NCBI GenBank assembly: GCA_965238075.1
Contig: OZ250173.1
Coordinates: forward strand, 3,104,001 to 3,168,000
DNA from: Candidatus Entotheonellaceae bacterium
GTDB lineage: Bacteria; Tectomicrobia; Entotheonellia; Entotheonellales; Entotheonellaceae
Direction of reading: 5' to 3'
Length of the DNA stretch: 64,000 nt
The translations under genes and the position numbers were made by a program. Each line of letters starts with the position of its first letter. The first letter of the stretch is position 1. Below are positions 28,921 to 39,247 of the stretch, one piece after another. The notes beneath the pieces are model-generated. The model had not been told where the DNA came from. It searched no databases and saw nothing but the letters and a program-made list of their open reading frames with translations.

Positions 28921-30939
28921 ATGCCGAGTGTAAGAGTCTACGAATTAGCACGGAATTTGGGCATTCCAAGCAAGGATTTTGTTGAAGTACTACGCTCCCA
29001 GGGTATTGAAGTCAAAAGCCATATGAGCGGTCTCGACGAGGAGACAGCCGGCCTTGTATCTGAGCTGTACCGTGAACGAGAAACATCTGACGAGTCAGAT
29101 GTTTCTCCTGCCAGTGATGACTTGACCGCGGAGGTCGAGGCCCCGTCATCGGTTCCCGCAACGCCCAAGCCGGCGGAGCCGAACGGAACAACTGTCGTAA
29201 GGGTGCCCGAAGCCTTAACCGTGAAGGACTTGGTCGACACTGCCCAGGTCAAGGCGAAAGACGTATTCTTGCAGTTGATGAGCTTCGGAACGCTTCCTTC
29301 CATCAACACAGTTATCGACATCGATATTGCCAACAGCGTCTTACTGAATATGGGCAAAAATATCACGCTTGTTTCGGAGCAGGCCGAAACGCTTGAATCC
29401 GTGGGCGACCCTTCTGCATCGGAAGCCCTGGAGCCGCGTGCGCCTGTCGTAACGATTATGGGGCACGTTGACCACGGTAAGACCTCACTACTCGACGCCA
29501 TCCGGGCGGCGAATATCCAGGCCACCGAAGCTGGCGGCATCACGCAGCATATCGGCGCCTACGAGGTTGAGACGGATAAAGGCAAGATTATCTTCCTAGA
29601 CACTCCAGGCCACGAAGCCTTCACGGCCATGCGTGCACGCGGTGCCCAAATTACCGACATAGTTGTGTTGGTGGTGGCGGCGAATGATGGCGTGATGCCG
29701 CAGACGCGCGAGGCTGTTGCCCATGCGCAGGCGGCGAACGTACCTATTGTTGTTGCGATTAACAAGATTGATCTGGAGGATGCCAATCCAGATCGTATCA
29801 AACAACAACTCACCGAATTGGATTTGGTTCCCGAGGAGTGGGGTGGTCATACCATTTTTGTGGAAGTTTCCGCCAAGCAGAAATATGGATTGGATGACCT
29901 GCAGGAAATGCTTTTGCTCCAAGCCGAGATACTGGAATTACGCGCCGATCCGCATCAGATGGCAAAGGGAACAATTATTGAGGCCAGGCTTGACAAGACG
30001 CAAGGTCCCGTTGCGACCGTGCTCATCCAGAAGGGCACGTTAGGGGTCAGTGAGGCATATGTCGCCGGTAACCATTACGGCCGTGTGCGGGCGATGAAAG
30101 ATGATCTGGGGCGGAAGATCAAGGAGGCAGGTCCTTCAACGCCCGTAGAAGTGCTGGGGTTTGCCGCCGTGCCGTCTGCCGGCGACGCTTTCACGGTTGT
30201 TAAAAATGAACGGCGGGCACGTCAGATAAGTAGTGTGAGGCAGGAGAAACAGCGCACAAAACAGCTTTCCCAAAGCGGCAGGGTGACGCTGGACGATCTG
30301 TATCGTCGTATCTCGGCCGGTGAAGTCAAAGATCTGAATTTGGTGATCAAGGGCGATGTTCATGGTTCTATCCAGGCCCTGTGGGATTCACTTTCCAAGT
30401 TGGAGAGCGAGAAGGTCCGGTTGCGTTTGATTCATGGTTCAACAGGCGGCATTACGGAGTCGGATGTCATGCTCGCGTCAGCCTCCAATGCCATCGTAAT
30501 TGGCTTCAATGTTCGTCCGATACCAAAGGCTGCGGAACTAGCTGAACACGAGCAAGTCGATGTTCGTCTCTATACAGTTATCTATGAGGCGATCTCCGAT
30601 GTCGAGAAGGCGATGCTCGGATTGCTGGCTCCCACGTACAACGAAAAAACGCTTGGACGCGCGGAGGTCCGAGCGATCTTCCGCATCACGCGTGTAGGGG
30701 CGGTGGCGGGATGCTACGTGCAGGAGGGCGTCATGCGGCGCAACGCGAAGGCGCGTATTATCCGGGATAGTGTGGTGATCCATGAGGGACGGATCGCTTC
30801 ACTCCGCCGTGTCAAGGACGATATCGAGGAGGTCTCGATGGGCTTCGAATGCGGTGTCGGTTTAGGGCGCTATCAGGACATCAAGGAGGGCGACACGATT
30901 GAGTCCTTTATGTTCGAGGAGATCGCGCCACACCTTTAA
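28921..30939 (+). CDS. infB: Translation initiation factor IF-2
   Basis: [41 protein letters not shown]. Confidence 0.99.
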   Translation: MPSVRVYELARNLGIPSKDFVEVLRSQGIEVKSHMSGLDEETAGLVSELYRERETSDESDVSPASDDLTAEVEAPSSVPATPKPAEPNGTTVVRVPEALTVKDLVDTAQVKAKDVFLQLMSFGTLPSINTVIDIDIANSVLLNMGKNITLVSEQAETLESVGDPSASEALEPRAPVVTIMGHVDHGKTSLLDAIRAANIQATEAGGITQHIGAYEVETDKGKIIFLDTPGHEAFTAMRARGAQITDIVVLVVAANDGVMPQTREAVAHAQAANVPIVVAINKIDLEDANPDRIKQQLTELDLVPEEWGGHTIFVEVSAKQKYGLDDLQEMLLLQAEILELRADPHQMAKGTIIEARLDKTQGPVATVLIQKGTLGVSEAYVAGNHYGRVRAMKDDLGRKIKEAGPSTPVEVLGFAAVPSAGDAFTVVKNERRARQISSVRQEKQRTKQLSQSGRVTLDDLYRRISAGEVKDLNLVIKGDVHGSIQALWDSLSKLESEKVRLRLIHGSTGGITESDVMLASASNAIVIGFNVRPIPKAAELAEHEQVDVRLYTVIYEAISDVEKAMLGLLAPTYNEKTLGRAEVRAIFRITRVGAVAGCYVQEGVMRRNAKARIIRDSVVIHEGRIASLRRVKDDIEEVSMGFECGVGLGRYQDIKEGDTIESFMFEEIAPHL

Positions 30940-30969
30940 ACACCGGCGGCCTCCGAGGCATTTACGATC

Positions 30970-31251
30970 ATGATTATAGGTGTGTGTACGATTGAATTAC
31001 GTTTGCGGGAGACGCGATCCCTCAAGGGTAAGAGACAGATATTGAAAAGTATTACGACGCGCGTCAAAAATAATTTCAATGTGGCGATTGCCGAGGTTGA
31101 TTATCAGGACAAATGGCAGCGCGCCTTATTGGGTGTTGCCGTGGTGAGTACGGCGCACGATCACGCAAACGGCATTCTGAGCAAAGTCGTCAATTTCGTC
31201 GAGTCGATGTATTTGGCTGAAATGCTGGATTATCATATCGAGTTCTGGTAA
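30970..31251 (+). CDS. DUF503 (YlxP) family protein
   Basis: SLKGKRQI, FNVAIAEV, DKWQRA; lies between infB and rbfA. Confidence 0.92.
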   Translation: MIIGVCTIELRLRETRSLKGKRQILKSITTRVKNNFNVAIAEVDYQDKWQRALLGVAVVSTAHDHANGILSKVVNFVESMYLAEMLDYHIEFW

Positions 31252-31257
31252 CCCCCT

Positions 31258-31641
31258 ATGCAAAATTATCGTCCAACGCGCGTGGCGGAATTATTGCAGT
31301 CAGAAATCGCCGACCTCCTGTTGCGTCAACTCAAGGACCCGCGTCTGAGTATGGCGACGATTTCGCGTGTCGATGTGTCGCCGGATTTGCGTGAGGCTCG
31401 CGTGTACGTCAGCAGGGTAGGCGACGAAAACGAGCAGAAGGAAGCCATGGAAGGGTTCGCACGCGCCGTGGGGTTCATTCGGAGTCAATTGGGCAAACGC
31501 GTAAAGTTGCGCCATACGCCCAGTCTAACCTTCATATTAGATACGGCGATCGCCGATGGCGTTAGGATATCGCGGCTTTTGCACGACTTGACCTCTGCTT
31601 CAGTCACAGATGCCGATGAGAGCGATCCGCCGCATGCCTGA
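31258..31641 (+). CDS. rbfA: Ribosome-binding factor A
   Basis: RVAE, LKDPRL, VSPDL..ARVY, LRHTPSLTF. Confidence 0.96.
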   Translation: MQNYRPTRVAELLQSEIADLLLRQLKDPRLSMATISRVDVSPDLREARVYVSRVGDENEQKEAMEGFARAVGFIRSQLGKRVKLRHTPSLTFILDTAIADGVRISRLLHDLTSASVTDADESDPPHA

Positions 31642-32539
31642 CGGCATTCTCAGCGTTGATAAACCCCGAGGCATGACATCCCATGACGCCGTGGAGATTG
31701 TGCGGCGGGCGTCGGGTATCCGCGCCGTGGGACACACCGGAACACTGGATCCGGAGGCCAACGGCGTACTCCTTTTGTGCCTTGGGCGGGCGACAAAGTT
31801 CGCCAAGGTCTTTGAAGCGTTGGAAAAAATGTATTGGGTGGTCTTGCAGTTGGGTGCCTGCACGGACACGCAGGACGCCGCAGGCAAGGTTGTTCGCATC
31901 CGAACCGTGCCAGCGTCGCTTTCGCGTGGGGAGGTTGAATCGGTACTGCCGCAGTTCACAGGTTGTCTCAAGCAAACGCCACCCATGTACTCTGCCCTCA
32001 AGCAGGGTGGGCAGCGTCTTTATCGTCTGGCCCGACAGGGGTATACCGTTGACCGACCGGCGCGAGACATTTTCGTGCGGCGGCTGCAGCTGCTGGAGGT
32101 GCGGGGGACGAAAGTGACGCTGGCCGTTACCTGTTCCAAAGGAACCTATGTCCGTACGTTGGGCGAAGATATCGGCTTGGCATTGGGTTATGGCGCGCAT
32201 GTGACTCACTTGCAGCGCTGTCGCGTCGGCGCTTACGCTTTGCGGAATGCCTACTCGCTCACTGGCGAAGGGCGGCATATGCGGGGGCAGGCTCTGAACT
32301 CGTTTCTAATTCCGACCGCTCAGGCGGTGGCGTTTCTCCCTTCTCTGTCTCTTTCCGCGCAACAATTCGGCGACTTGCAAAAGCAACGCGGCGCAGTTCT
32401 GCCTGCTATTTTGAGCGAAGCGTGTCCTGGTCGGTTATCCTCTCCACATTACCGGCTCTGTACTTCACCAGATAACACTGTGGCGGTAATACAACGTCGG
32501 ACAGGCGACTCGGCCAAATGGAAGCTCCTTATTCCGTGA
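31634..32539 (+). CDS. truB: tRNA pseudouridine(55) synthase
   Basis: DKPRGMTSHD, GHTGTLDP, PPMYSALK, CSKGTYVRTL. Confidence 0.96.
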   Translation: MPDGILSVDKPRGMTSHDAVEIVRRASGIRAVGHTGTLDPEANGVLLLCLGRATKFAKVFEALEKMYWVVLQLGACTDTQDAAGKVVRIRTVPASLSRGEVESVLPQFTGCLKQTPPMYSALKQGGQRLYRLARQGYTVDRPARDIFVRRLQLLEVRGTKVTLAVTCSKGTYVRTLGEDIGLALGYGAHVTHLQRCRVGAYALRNAYSLTGEGRHMRGQALNSFLIPTAQAVAFLPSLSLSAQQFGDLQKQRGAVLPAILSEACPGRLSSPHYRLCTSPDNTVAVIQRRTGDSAKWKLLIP

Positions 32540-32572
32540 AATGGTTGTGCTCGTAACGTGAAAGGAAGCGTT

Positions 32573-32842
32573 GTGGCTTTGTTGAAAGAGGAAAAAGAGG
32601 CGGTCATGAGTGATTTTCGCATGCACCAGTCCGACACCGGTTCGTCGGAGGTGCAGATCGCTATTTTGAGTGCACGTATTACGTATCTGACCGAGCATTT
32701 CAGGACGCATAAGAAAGATCATCATTCCAGGCGGGGCTTGCTCAAGCTCGTGGGTCGCCGTCGTCGTTTGCTGGATTATGTCAAGAAGCACGATTTTGCC
32801 CATTATCAGGACGTGATCGGTAGACTGGGAATTCGGCGCTAG
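32573..32842 (+). CDS. rpsO: 30S ribosomal protein S15
   Basis: [28 protein letters not shown]. Confidence 0.98.
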   Translation: MALLKEEKEAVMSDFRMHQSDTGSSEVQIAILSARITYLTEHFRTHKKDHHSRRGLLKLVGRRRRLLDYVKKHDFAHYQDVIGRLGIRR

Positions 32843-32880
32843 AGTTTTTGGGATCATCCGTCTAAGTCAATAATGTTGTT

Positions 32881-35013
32881 ATGTTTGGAGGCAAAACATT
32901 GAATTACCAAACAGCAAGTTGCGTGATTAACGGCCGCACATTAACCATTGAAACGGGCGAAATTGCCAAGCAGGCGAATGGTTCTGCCTTGGTGAGGTAT
33001 GGCGATACGGTTGTATTGGCTGCCGTTACCGCCGCTACGAATGACCGCGGCGAGATTGATTTCTTCCCGCTGACTGTTGACTACCGCGAAAGGACTTACG
33101 CGGCGGGAAAAATTCCTGGTGGTTTTTTCAAACGTGAAGGACGGCCAGGGGAGAAGGAGACGGTAACCTCGCGTATCATCGACCGTCCGCTGCGGCCGCT
33201 TTTCCCCAGTGGTTTTAACAAGGAAACGCAGATTCTCTGCACCGTACTTTCCGTGGACAACGAGAATGATCCAGACGTCGTGGCCCTTATTGCGGCTTCG
33301 GCCGCGCTGACCGTTTCCGACGTGCCGTTCCTAGGACCTATTGGGGCCGTGCGCGTGGGGTACACGGATCAGCAGATCGTCATCAATCCAACCAGCGAAG
33401 AACTGGAACGTGGTCAATTGAATATGGTGGTGGCCGGAAGCCAGGAAGCCATCGTCATGGTGGAAGGCGGGGCGCTGGAGCTTCCCGAAACCATCGTCTT
33501 GTCGGCTCTGGAGACGGCCCACCAAGCCTTGCAAGCCTGTATTGATATACAGCTTCAATTGCAGCAGAGGGTAGGCAAAGCTAAGCTGCCGGTTGTTCCT
33601 CCGGTCGTCGATGAGACGTTGCAGCAAAATGTCCATGCGATGGCCCATGAGCGGCTTAAAACCGCTTTGGCAATTCCGGGGAAATTGGAGCGTCAGGAAG
33701 CGGTAGCCACGCTTGAGCAGGAGGTGGTGAAAGCGTTCGAGGATTCAGACGAATCGGATACAGCGCCCAGTGTCAAGACAATCAAGGCCTTTCTGCACGA
33801 TATGGAAAGTGCGGAGATGCGTCGGCAGATTCTCGAAGGGGGACGTCGTGCCGATGGTCGGGGTCTTACTGATATTCGACCGATCAGTGGCCGTGTGTCC
33901 ATGTTGCCGCGCACGCACGGTTCGGCGTTGTTTACCCGTGGCGAAACGCAAGCCCTTGTGGCCGCAACGTTGGGAACGCAGAGTGATGAGCAGATCATAG
34001 ACGACCTAGGGGGCAGGACCTCGAAGCGCTTCATGCTCCACTACAATTTCCCATCCTACAGCGTCGGTGAAGTGCGGCCCTTGCGCGGCCCTGGGCGGCG
34101 CGAGATCGGTCATGGGGCTTTGGCTGAACGCGCCATACGACCCGTCCTTCCGCCCCATGAAACCTTTCCATATACGTTGCGGGTGGTTTCGGACATTATG
34201 GAGTCCAACGGCTCTTCATCCATGGCGACGGTGTGCGGCAGTGCGCTTGCCCTTATGGATGCGGGAGTGCCCATCAAAGCGCCAGTTGCCGGTATTGCCA
34301 TGGGACTGATCGCGGAAGGGGAGGGTGTAGCAATATTGTCGGATATCCTCGGGGTGGAAGATCATCTGGGCGATATGGATTTCAAAATTGCCGGAACGGC
34401 TGAGGGTATTACGGCTATCCAGATGGACATCAAGACCACAGGCGTGTCCCGCGAGATTATGGCTCAGGCTTTGGAACAGGCGCGGCAAGGCCGCATGCAT
34501 ATATTGCAAGAGATGCATAGCATCTTGGGTGTGCCGCGAGTCGAAACTTCAGCTTATGCGCCGCGAATTGTCACCTTGAAGGTTAAGAAGGATAAAGTAC
34601 GCGAGGTCATTGGACCGGGTGGCAAGACGATACGGGGCATCATTGAAGCGACCGGTGTAACCATCGACATCGAAGACGATGGAACTGTTTTGATCGCGTC
34701 AGTCAATGAAATGGCCTCGCAGGAGGCGGTCCAGATGGTCCGGGATATAACCAAGGAGGCTGAGATCGGCCAGATCTACATGGGGACTGTCAGGAAGATC
34801 ATGGACTTCGGCGCATTCGTGGAAATTTTCCCCGGCACTGACGGTCTGCTGCATATCTCGCAGATCTCAGAGAAGCGAGTGAACAAGGTAAGCGACGAAG
34901 TCCGGGAAGGGGATCAGATTGTGGTGAAGGTGCTGGAGGTCGACCGGAACGGCCGTATCAAGCTTAGCCATAAAGAAGCCATACGAGACCAAGAAGCGGC
35001 TGAAATTGGCTGA
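32881..35013 (+). CDS. pnp: Polyribonucleotide nucleotidyltransferase
   Basis: DFFPLTVDY, GKIPGGFFKREGRP, HGSALFTRGETQ, SNGSSSMA, GDMDFK, KH and S1 domains. Confidence 0.99.
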   Translation: MFGGKTLNYQTASCVINGRTLTIETGEIAKQANGSALVRYGDTVVLAAVTAATNDRGEIDFFPLTVDYRERTYAAGKIPGGFFKREGRPGEKETVTSRIIDRPLRPLFPSGFNKETQILCTVLSVDNENDPDVVALIAASAALTVSDVPFLGPIGAVRVGYTDQQIVINPTSEELERGQLNMVVAGSQEAIVMVEGGALELPETIVLSALETAHQALQACIDIQLQLQQRVGKAKLPVVPPVVDETLQQNVHAMAHERLKTALAIPGKLERQEAVATLEQEVVKAFEDSDESDTAPSVKTIKAFLHDMESAEMRRQILEGGRRADGRGLTDIRPISGRVSMLPRTHGSALFTRGETQALVAATLGTQSDEQIIDDLGGRTSKRFMLHYNFPSYSVGEVRPLRGPGRREIGHGALAERAIRPVLPPHETFPYTLRVVSDIMESNGSSSMATVCGSALALMDAGVPIKAPVAGIAMGLIAEGEGVAILSDILGVEDHLGDMDFKIAGTAEGITAIQMDIKTTGVSREIMAQALEQARQGRMHILQEMHSILGVPRVETSAYAPRIVTLKVKKDKVREVIGPGGKTIRGIIEATGVTIDIEDDGTVLIASVNEMASQEAVQMVRDITKEAEIGQIYMGTVRKIMDFGAFVEIFPGTDGLLHISQISEKRVNKVSDEVREGDQIVVKVLEVDRNGRIKLSHKEAIRDQEAAEIG

Positions 35014-35035
35014 TTTTAGGGCCTATATAATAAAA

Positions 35036-35063
35036 AGTTTACATAATATAACTTATCAGAAGT
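35036..35063 (-). other. dif: dif-like chromosome dimer resolution site (XerC/XerD)
   Basis: Minus strand ACTTCTGATAA-GTTATA-TTATGTAAACT: 11-6-11 layout; right arm matches the XerD arm recalled for Bacillus subtilis dif (ACTTCCTAGAA-TATATA-TTATGTAAACT); AT-rich gap between convergent genes. Confidence 0.88.
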
Positions 35064-35779
35064 TATAGAACATGTTCGATATTTGCGAGGCGTTCTTCCA
35101 CAATCTGGCGTGTGAGTTCGTTAACCTCGGCATCGGACAAGGCGCGGTTATAAACTTCAGCCGCCATCTCCAGAGCGTTGGATTGCTCATGGCAGCGACC
35201 CATCCCCAAGTAAGCCTCACCTCGCAACCACGTCGCCGTTGGAGCCTGTAGCACGGTCTGGAAATTCTCCAAAGCCCGTGCGCAGGCGCCTTGTGCTTCT
35301 TCAGCGTAGGCCATATTCAGCGATATCAAAGCACGCATTAAAGCGGATCGATTGTTGTTGCTGGACAGCCGTTGTCGGGCCTGCTCGTACGCCTCTACTG
35401 CAGCCACGTAATCGGCGCGGGTATAATAAAGGCGCCCGAGATACCAATAGGCCTGGGCCGCGGCGGGCGTGCCGTCATAGTCGCGCACAAGAGTCTGCAA
35501 CGCCTCCACCATTGGATTAGGCTGTGATGTGTTCTGCAACGCATCGCCGTTGTCGTCTGCATTGATTGCTTTGTACAATAGTGTCTCGGCCCGCTGATGC
35601 CGGTTTGCCTGCCACACAAACCATCCCCCAACCAGAGCCCCAGCAAGTACGACAGCCCCGATACCATAAAGGATGGACGAAGCATTCGCTTCTGCCCACT
35701 CGATGATCCGTGCGCTGCGCTTAATGAATTGGTCTGGTTGGCGCAGTAACTCCTTACGTGTTATACGCTGTCTTGCCAC
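35063..35779 (-). CDS. Single-pass TPR protein (YfgM-like)
   Basis: ITRKELLRQPDQF N-terminus, one TM helix, TPR-like helices (AYWYLGRLY, AYLGMGRCHE). Confidence 0.8.
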   Translation of the reverse strand: MARQRITRKELLRQPDQFIKRSARIIEWAEANASSILYGIGAVVLAGALVGGWFVWQANRHQRAETLLYKAINADDNGDALQNTSQPNPMVEALQTLVRDYDGTPAAAQAYWYLGRLYYTRADYVAAVEAYEQARQRLSSNNNRSALMRALISLNMAYAEEAQGACARALENFQTVLQAPTATWLRGEAYLGMGRCHEQSNALEMAAEVYNRALSDAEVNELTRQIVEERLANIEHVL

Positions 35780-35820
35780 AACAAGAGCCTTTCATTGTTC
35801 GTAAATGTGCAACCCGGCAA

Positions 35821-37845
35821 TTACGACTCCACAGTTTTCGCAGCTGTGACAACCGTTTGCATCAAATGCTGCGGAAGAACTTCATAGCGCAGAAATTCGG
35901 TGGCGTATGAACCCTCCCCTCCCGTTACCGACTGCAGAAAGGCGCTGTACTGTTGCACTTCGGCTAGGGGTACCTCCGACCGAACAATCTGCAGGTTGCC
36001 GATGCTATCAATGCCGCTTACCCGGCCGCGTCGGCTGCTGATGTCGCCGGTAATGTCGCCCATGTATTTGGACGGCACCGTAACCTCAAGTTTGACAATG
36101 GGTTCCAGTAAAGCAGGCGTGGCTTGCTGAACGGCTTCCTTTATTGCCTCGCGCCCGGCGATCTGAAATGCGATGTCTTTACTATCCACGGGGTGCTCTT
36201 TGCCGTCGTAAAGCTCGACCTTGATGTCCACCACGGGATAATCCGTCAGCACGCCTTCCGCCATCTTGTCCTGGATACCTTTGTCAACACTCTGCCGGAA
36301 CGATTGGCTAATAACGCCGCCAAATATTTTGTCGACAAACTGGTATCCGGTTCCGCGAGGGGTTGGTTCGACCCGTATTGCGCACTCAGCGAACTGCCCG
36401 GCACCGCCCGTCTGTTTCTTATGGCGATAGCGAATATCGGCTTTGCTGCTTATCGTCTCGCGATAGGCAATTTTCGGAAGTTTCGTCGTTACTTCCACCC
36501 CGCGGCGCTGCAACCGGTTCAGCATCAAGCCGATATGTTGCTCACCGATTCCCGATATGACGAGCTCCTTGGTTTGGGAATTCATTCCCACTTGAAAAGT
36601 CGGATCCGCCTCGGCGAGACGCCGCAAACTTTCGGAAATCTTTGCCTCGTCGCCGCGACTCTTGGGTTCAACGGCCCGCGAAACCATGGGGAGCGGGTAA
36701 CGCGGCACAACGAACGGCTTTTGGTCTTTGCTCGCTGCCAAGGTGTCGCCGACCCGGAACTCCTCAACTTTTGCGGTGGCGATAATGGCCCCAGCCCCAG
36801 CCTCGTTTATTTCCCGCTGATCTTTGCCCTGAGGACGAAAGAGCTTGGGGATTTTGACCGGTCTGCCGGAATGGGCCAAGGTGACGGTGTCCCCTGCCCG
36901 TACGAGACCCGAATAGACGCGGAAAAAGCTGACTTTGCCCACGAATTCATCCGATATGATCTTAAAAACCTGCGCCTCAAGGGGGCCTCCGAGATCAATG
37001 CTATGCGCTTCCGCCCCGCTATCACCCAAGACTTCTTTCGTCGCATAGTCCGGAGACGGCGCATAACCGGCAATAAAGTCCATGATTTCGGTAATTCCCT
37101 GGTCCGACTCGGCGGCGCAGCAAAGAATGGGAACGATCGAGCGATCAATCAAGACTTGGACAAATACGTGTTCCAGTTCCTCTTGAGGGATGGTTTCACC
37201 TTCCAGGTAACGCTCCAGGAGGGCGTCGTCGCCGGAGATTACCGACTCCATGAGTACGCCGCGCTGTTCTTCGACGGTATCGGCCAAATTGGAAGGAATG
37301 TCGCCGGGATGCAGTAAATTAACGATCCCCGAGAAGGAACTGCCACTGCCGACAGGAAGCATCAAGGGTGTACAGGCCGATCCAAAATTCTCCTGCAGAG
37401 ATGCTACCACCTCGTCATATTGAGCGTTGTCGGCGTCCATTCGCGTTATCACAAACATGCACGCGCAGCCTTGTTGCTGCGCCAGGTCCCATGCTTTGCG
37501 GGTGCCGGCTTCGATGCCCGACGCGGCGTTAACCGTGATAATGGCGAGCTCGACGACCGAAAGCGCACCGTACACTTCTCCTACGAAGTCGGCCGCTCCG
37601 GGGGTGTCGATGATATTGATGTCCCGACCTTTCCACGTGGTGTGAAGCACGGAGGAGTGAACGGATTTCTGGCCTTCTTTCTCGTCTGTATCGCAGTCAC
37701 TCGCAGTCGTTCCGTCGCTTATCCTGCCAAGACGGTTAATCTCCCCGCCCTTCAGAAGTATCGCTTCACTCAACATGGTTTTTCCATTGCCTGAGTGCCC
37801 CACAAGAGCCACGTTGCGGATTTTCTGCGCGTTATTCTCAGCCAC
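35821..37845 (-). CDS. Elongation factor G-like paralogue (EF-G2 type)
   Basis: IRNVALVGHSGNGKT, DTPGAADF, IAYRETI, KKQTGGAGQF, LLEPI; GTG 37845 follows RBS GGGGAG. Confidence 0.92.
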   Translation of the reverse strand: MAENNAQKIRNVALVGHSGNGKTMLSEAILLKGGEINRLGRISDGTTASDCDTDEKEGQKSVHSSVLHTTWKGRDINIIDTPGAADFVGEVYGALSVVELAIITVNAASGIEAGTRKAWDLAQQQGCACMFVITRMDADNAQYDEVVASLQENFGSACTPLMLPVGSGSSFSGIVNLLHPGDIPSNLADTVEEQRGVLMESVISGDDALLERYLEGETIPQEELEHVFVQVLIDRSIVPILCCAAESDQGITEIMDFIAGYAPSPDYATKEVLGDSGAEAHSIDLGGPLEAQVFKIISDEFVGKVSFFRVYSGLVRAGDTVTLAHSGRPVKIPKLFRPQGKDQREINEAGAGAIIATAKVEEFRVGDTLAASKDQKPFVVPRYPLPMVSRAVEPKSRGDEAKISESLRRLAEADPTFQVGMNSQTKELVISGIGEQHIGLMLNRLQRRGVEVTTKLPKIAYRETISSKADIRYRHKKQTGGAGQFAECAIRVEPTPRGTGYQFVDKIFGGVISQSFRQSVDKGIQDKMAEGVLTDYPVVDIKVELYDGKEHPVDSKDIAFQIAGREAIKEAVQQATPALLEPIVKLEVTVPSKYMGDITGDISSRRGRVSGIDSIGNLQIVRSEVPLAEVQQYSAFLQSVTGGEGSYATEFLRYEVLPQHLMQTVVTAAKTVES

Positions 37846-37954
37846 TATTCTCCCCTTCCATGTTCCGAAATGACTGTCCTTTGAGGAATTACGAACCGAC
37901 CCCAAATTGGCCTTGTGTCTCGCCTCCCCTCCTGCGACTTCTACGCGTAGCGAA

Positions 37955-38028
37955 TGCCCCCGGCAGGATTCGAACCTGCGACCTGCGGATTAGGAATCCG
38001 CTGCTCTATCCTGCTGAGCTACGAGGGC
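37955..38028 (-). tRNA. tRNA-Arg(CCU)
   Basis: GCCCTCG/CGGGGGC acceptor stem, anticodon arm GCGGA-TTCCTAA-TCCGC, GTTCGAATC T-loop; CCA not encoded. Confidence 0.95.
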
Positions 38029-38109
38029 AGGCTTATCTTCCCGCATTCAGGGACTTGAACCGGTTTCCTGTGGAGCAAAGCCACTATTCTATCATCGTAT
38101 GGCGCATGG

Positions 38110-39219
38110 TCAATCTTGCTGAGCGTGTTGAGATAAAGCGCGTTTGAGGCGCTGACGCTGGCTCGCATAGTAATGTGGGAAACTGGTAGGAAATACCAAG
38201 CACCAGAGCGAACGCAGTATCGTGCAATAGACAGCTTGACGAGAGATTTTCACCCGTTCCTGATGAGACAATAAGCCCTCTGATCGGCAGACCTCTTCTA
38301 ACGTTTGGACCGCAAATAACAACGGCCACATACAGCTCAGTCGGACGCGCAGCGCCCTGAGCGGCAACAGCCGCACATAACAACTGGCGTGATCAAGGTG
38401 TTCCAAGGTGTAATCAATCAGGTGGATAACCAAAGGCCGAATCTGAGGTAGCAACGTTGGATCAAGCAGGTCATGCGCTTGCAAGCCGAGCCGGCGGAGT
38501 TCGTCTGCAGGGAGATAGCAGCGGCCACCTTGTAGGTCTTTGCCCACGTCTTTAAGAATATTCGTGAGCTGTAACCCTCGACCGAAATGCACACCTAAGA
38601 CGCTGAGTTGTTGGCTGTTACGGTGATTTCTGAAGGCACGCAGGTTGGCGCTGCAAAGCATTGTCCAGAATTCGCCCACAACCCCAGCTACGTAATACGT
38701 ATACCGTTCAAGCGAAGCCATATCCGGCAGAGCGCAAACGTCTGCGGGCGTATCCCCTGGAAAACAGGTCAGATCCATCTCCATGCCGCGCGTTAGGGTC
38801 AATACGAGATTCTTTACGAGGCATTGGTCGCCAGAGGACAGACGGTGGTATATCCGAAAACAGTCAGGCAGATGCAGCAGCAGTTGGCGCTCCCCCTCGG
38901 AAGCTTGTGACGGGTGGTATTGCATCATTTGCTGCAACTGGTCGATGCCAATTCGTGAGGGCGAATCTTTCTGGAATTGGGCGCGGAAAGCATGGAGGGC
39001 GGGCAGACGTTCGTGGTACGGCAGAATGCGCGTGTCAGCGATGGTATCAGCCGCACGGCAAAACAGATAAGCCAAGCCCATCTGTCCCCGAACGGGTCTC
39101 GGGAGAACAGTCAGGCTCAAATAGAATGACCGGGAAACTTTCTTCAGGATGTTGCGTATTAAGACGGCTTCCTCAGGTCGGTTCTTTCTGCGCCCTTGCA
39201 ACCATGTGGAAGCCAGCAT
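38110..39219 (-). CDS. Squalene/phytoene synthase family, squalene-synthase-like
   Basis: KKVSRSF, YLFCRAADTIAD, YTYYVAGVVGEF, FGRGLQLTNILKD, GRCYLP. Confidence 0.88.
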   Translation of the reverse strand: MLASTWLQGRRKNRPEEAVLIRNILKKVSRSFYLSLTVLPRPVRGQMGLAYLFCRAADTIADTRILPYHERLPALHAFRAQFQKDSPSRIGIDQLQQMMQYHPSQASEGERQLLLHLPDCFRIYHRLSSGDQCLVKNLVLTLTRGMEMDLTCFPGDTPADVCALPDMASLERYTYYVAGVVGEFWTMLCSANLRAFRNHRNSQQLSVLGVHFGRGLQLTNILKDVGKDLQGGRCYLPADELRRLGLQAHDLLDPTLLPQIRPLVIHLIDYTLEHLDHASCYVRLLPLRALRVRLSCMWPLLFAVQTLEEVCRSEGLLSHQERVKISRQAVYCTILRSLWCLVFPTSFPHYYASQRQRLKRALSQHAQQD

Positions 39220-39247
39220 GGAGAGTTCTCGGCGAAATCAGTCGATC

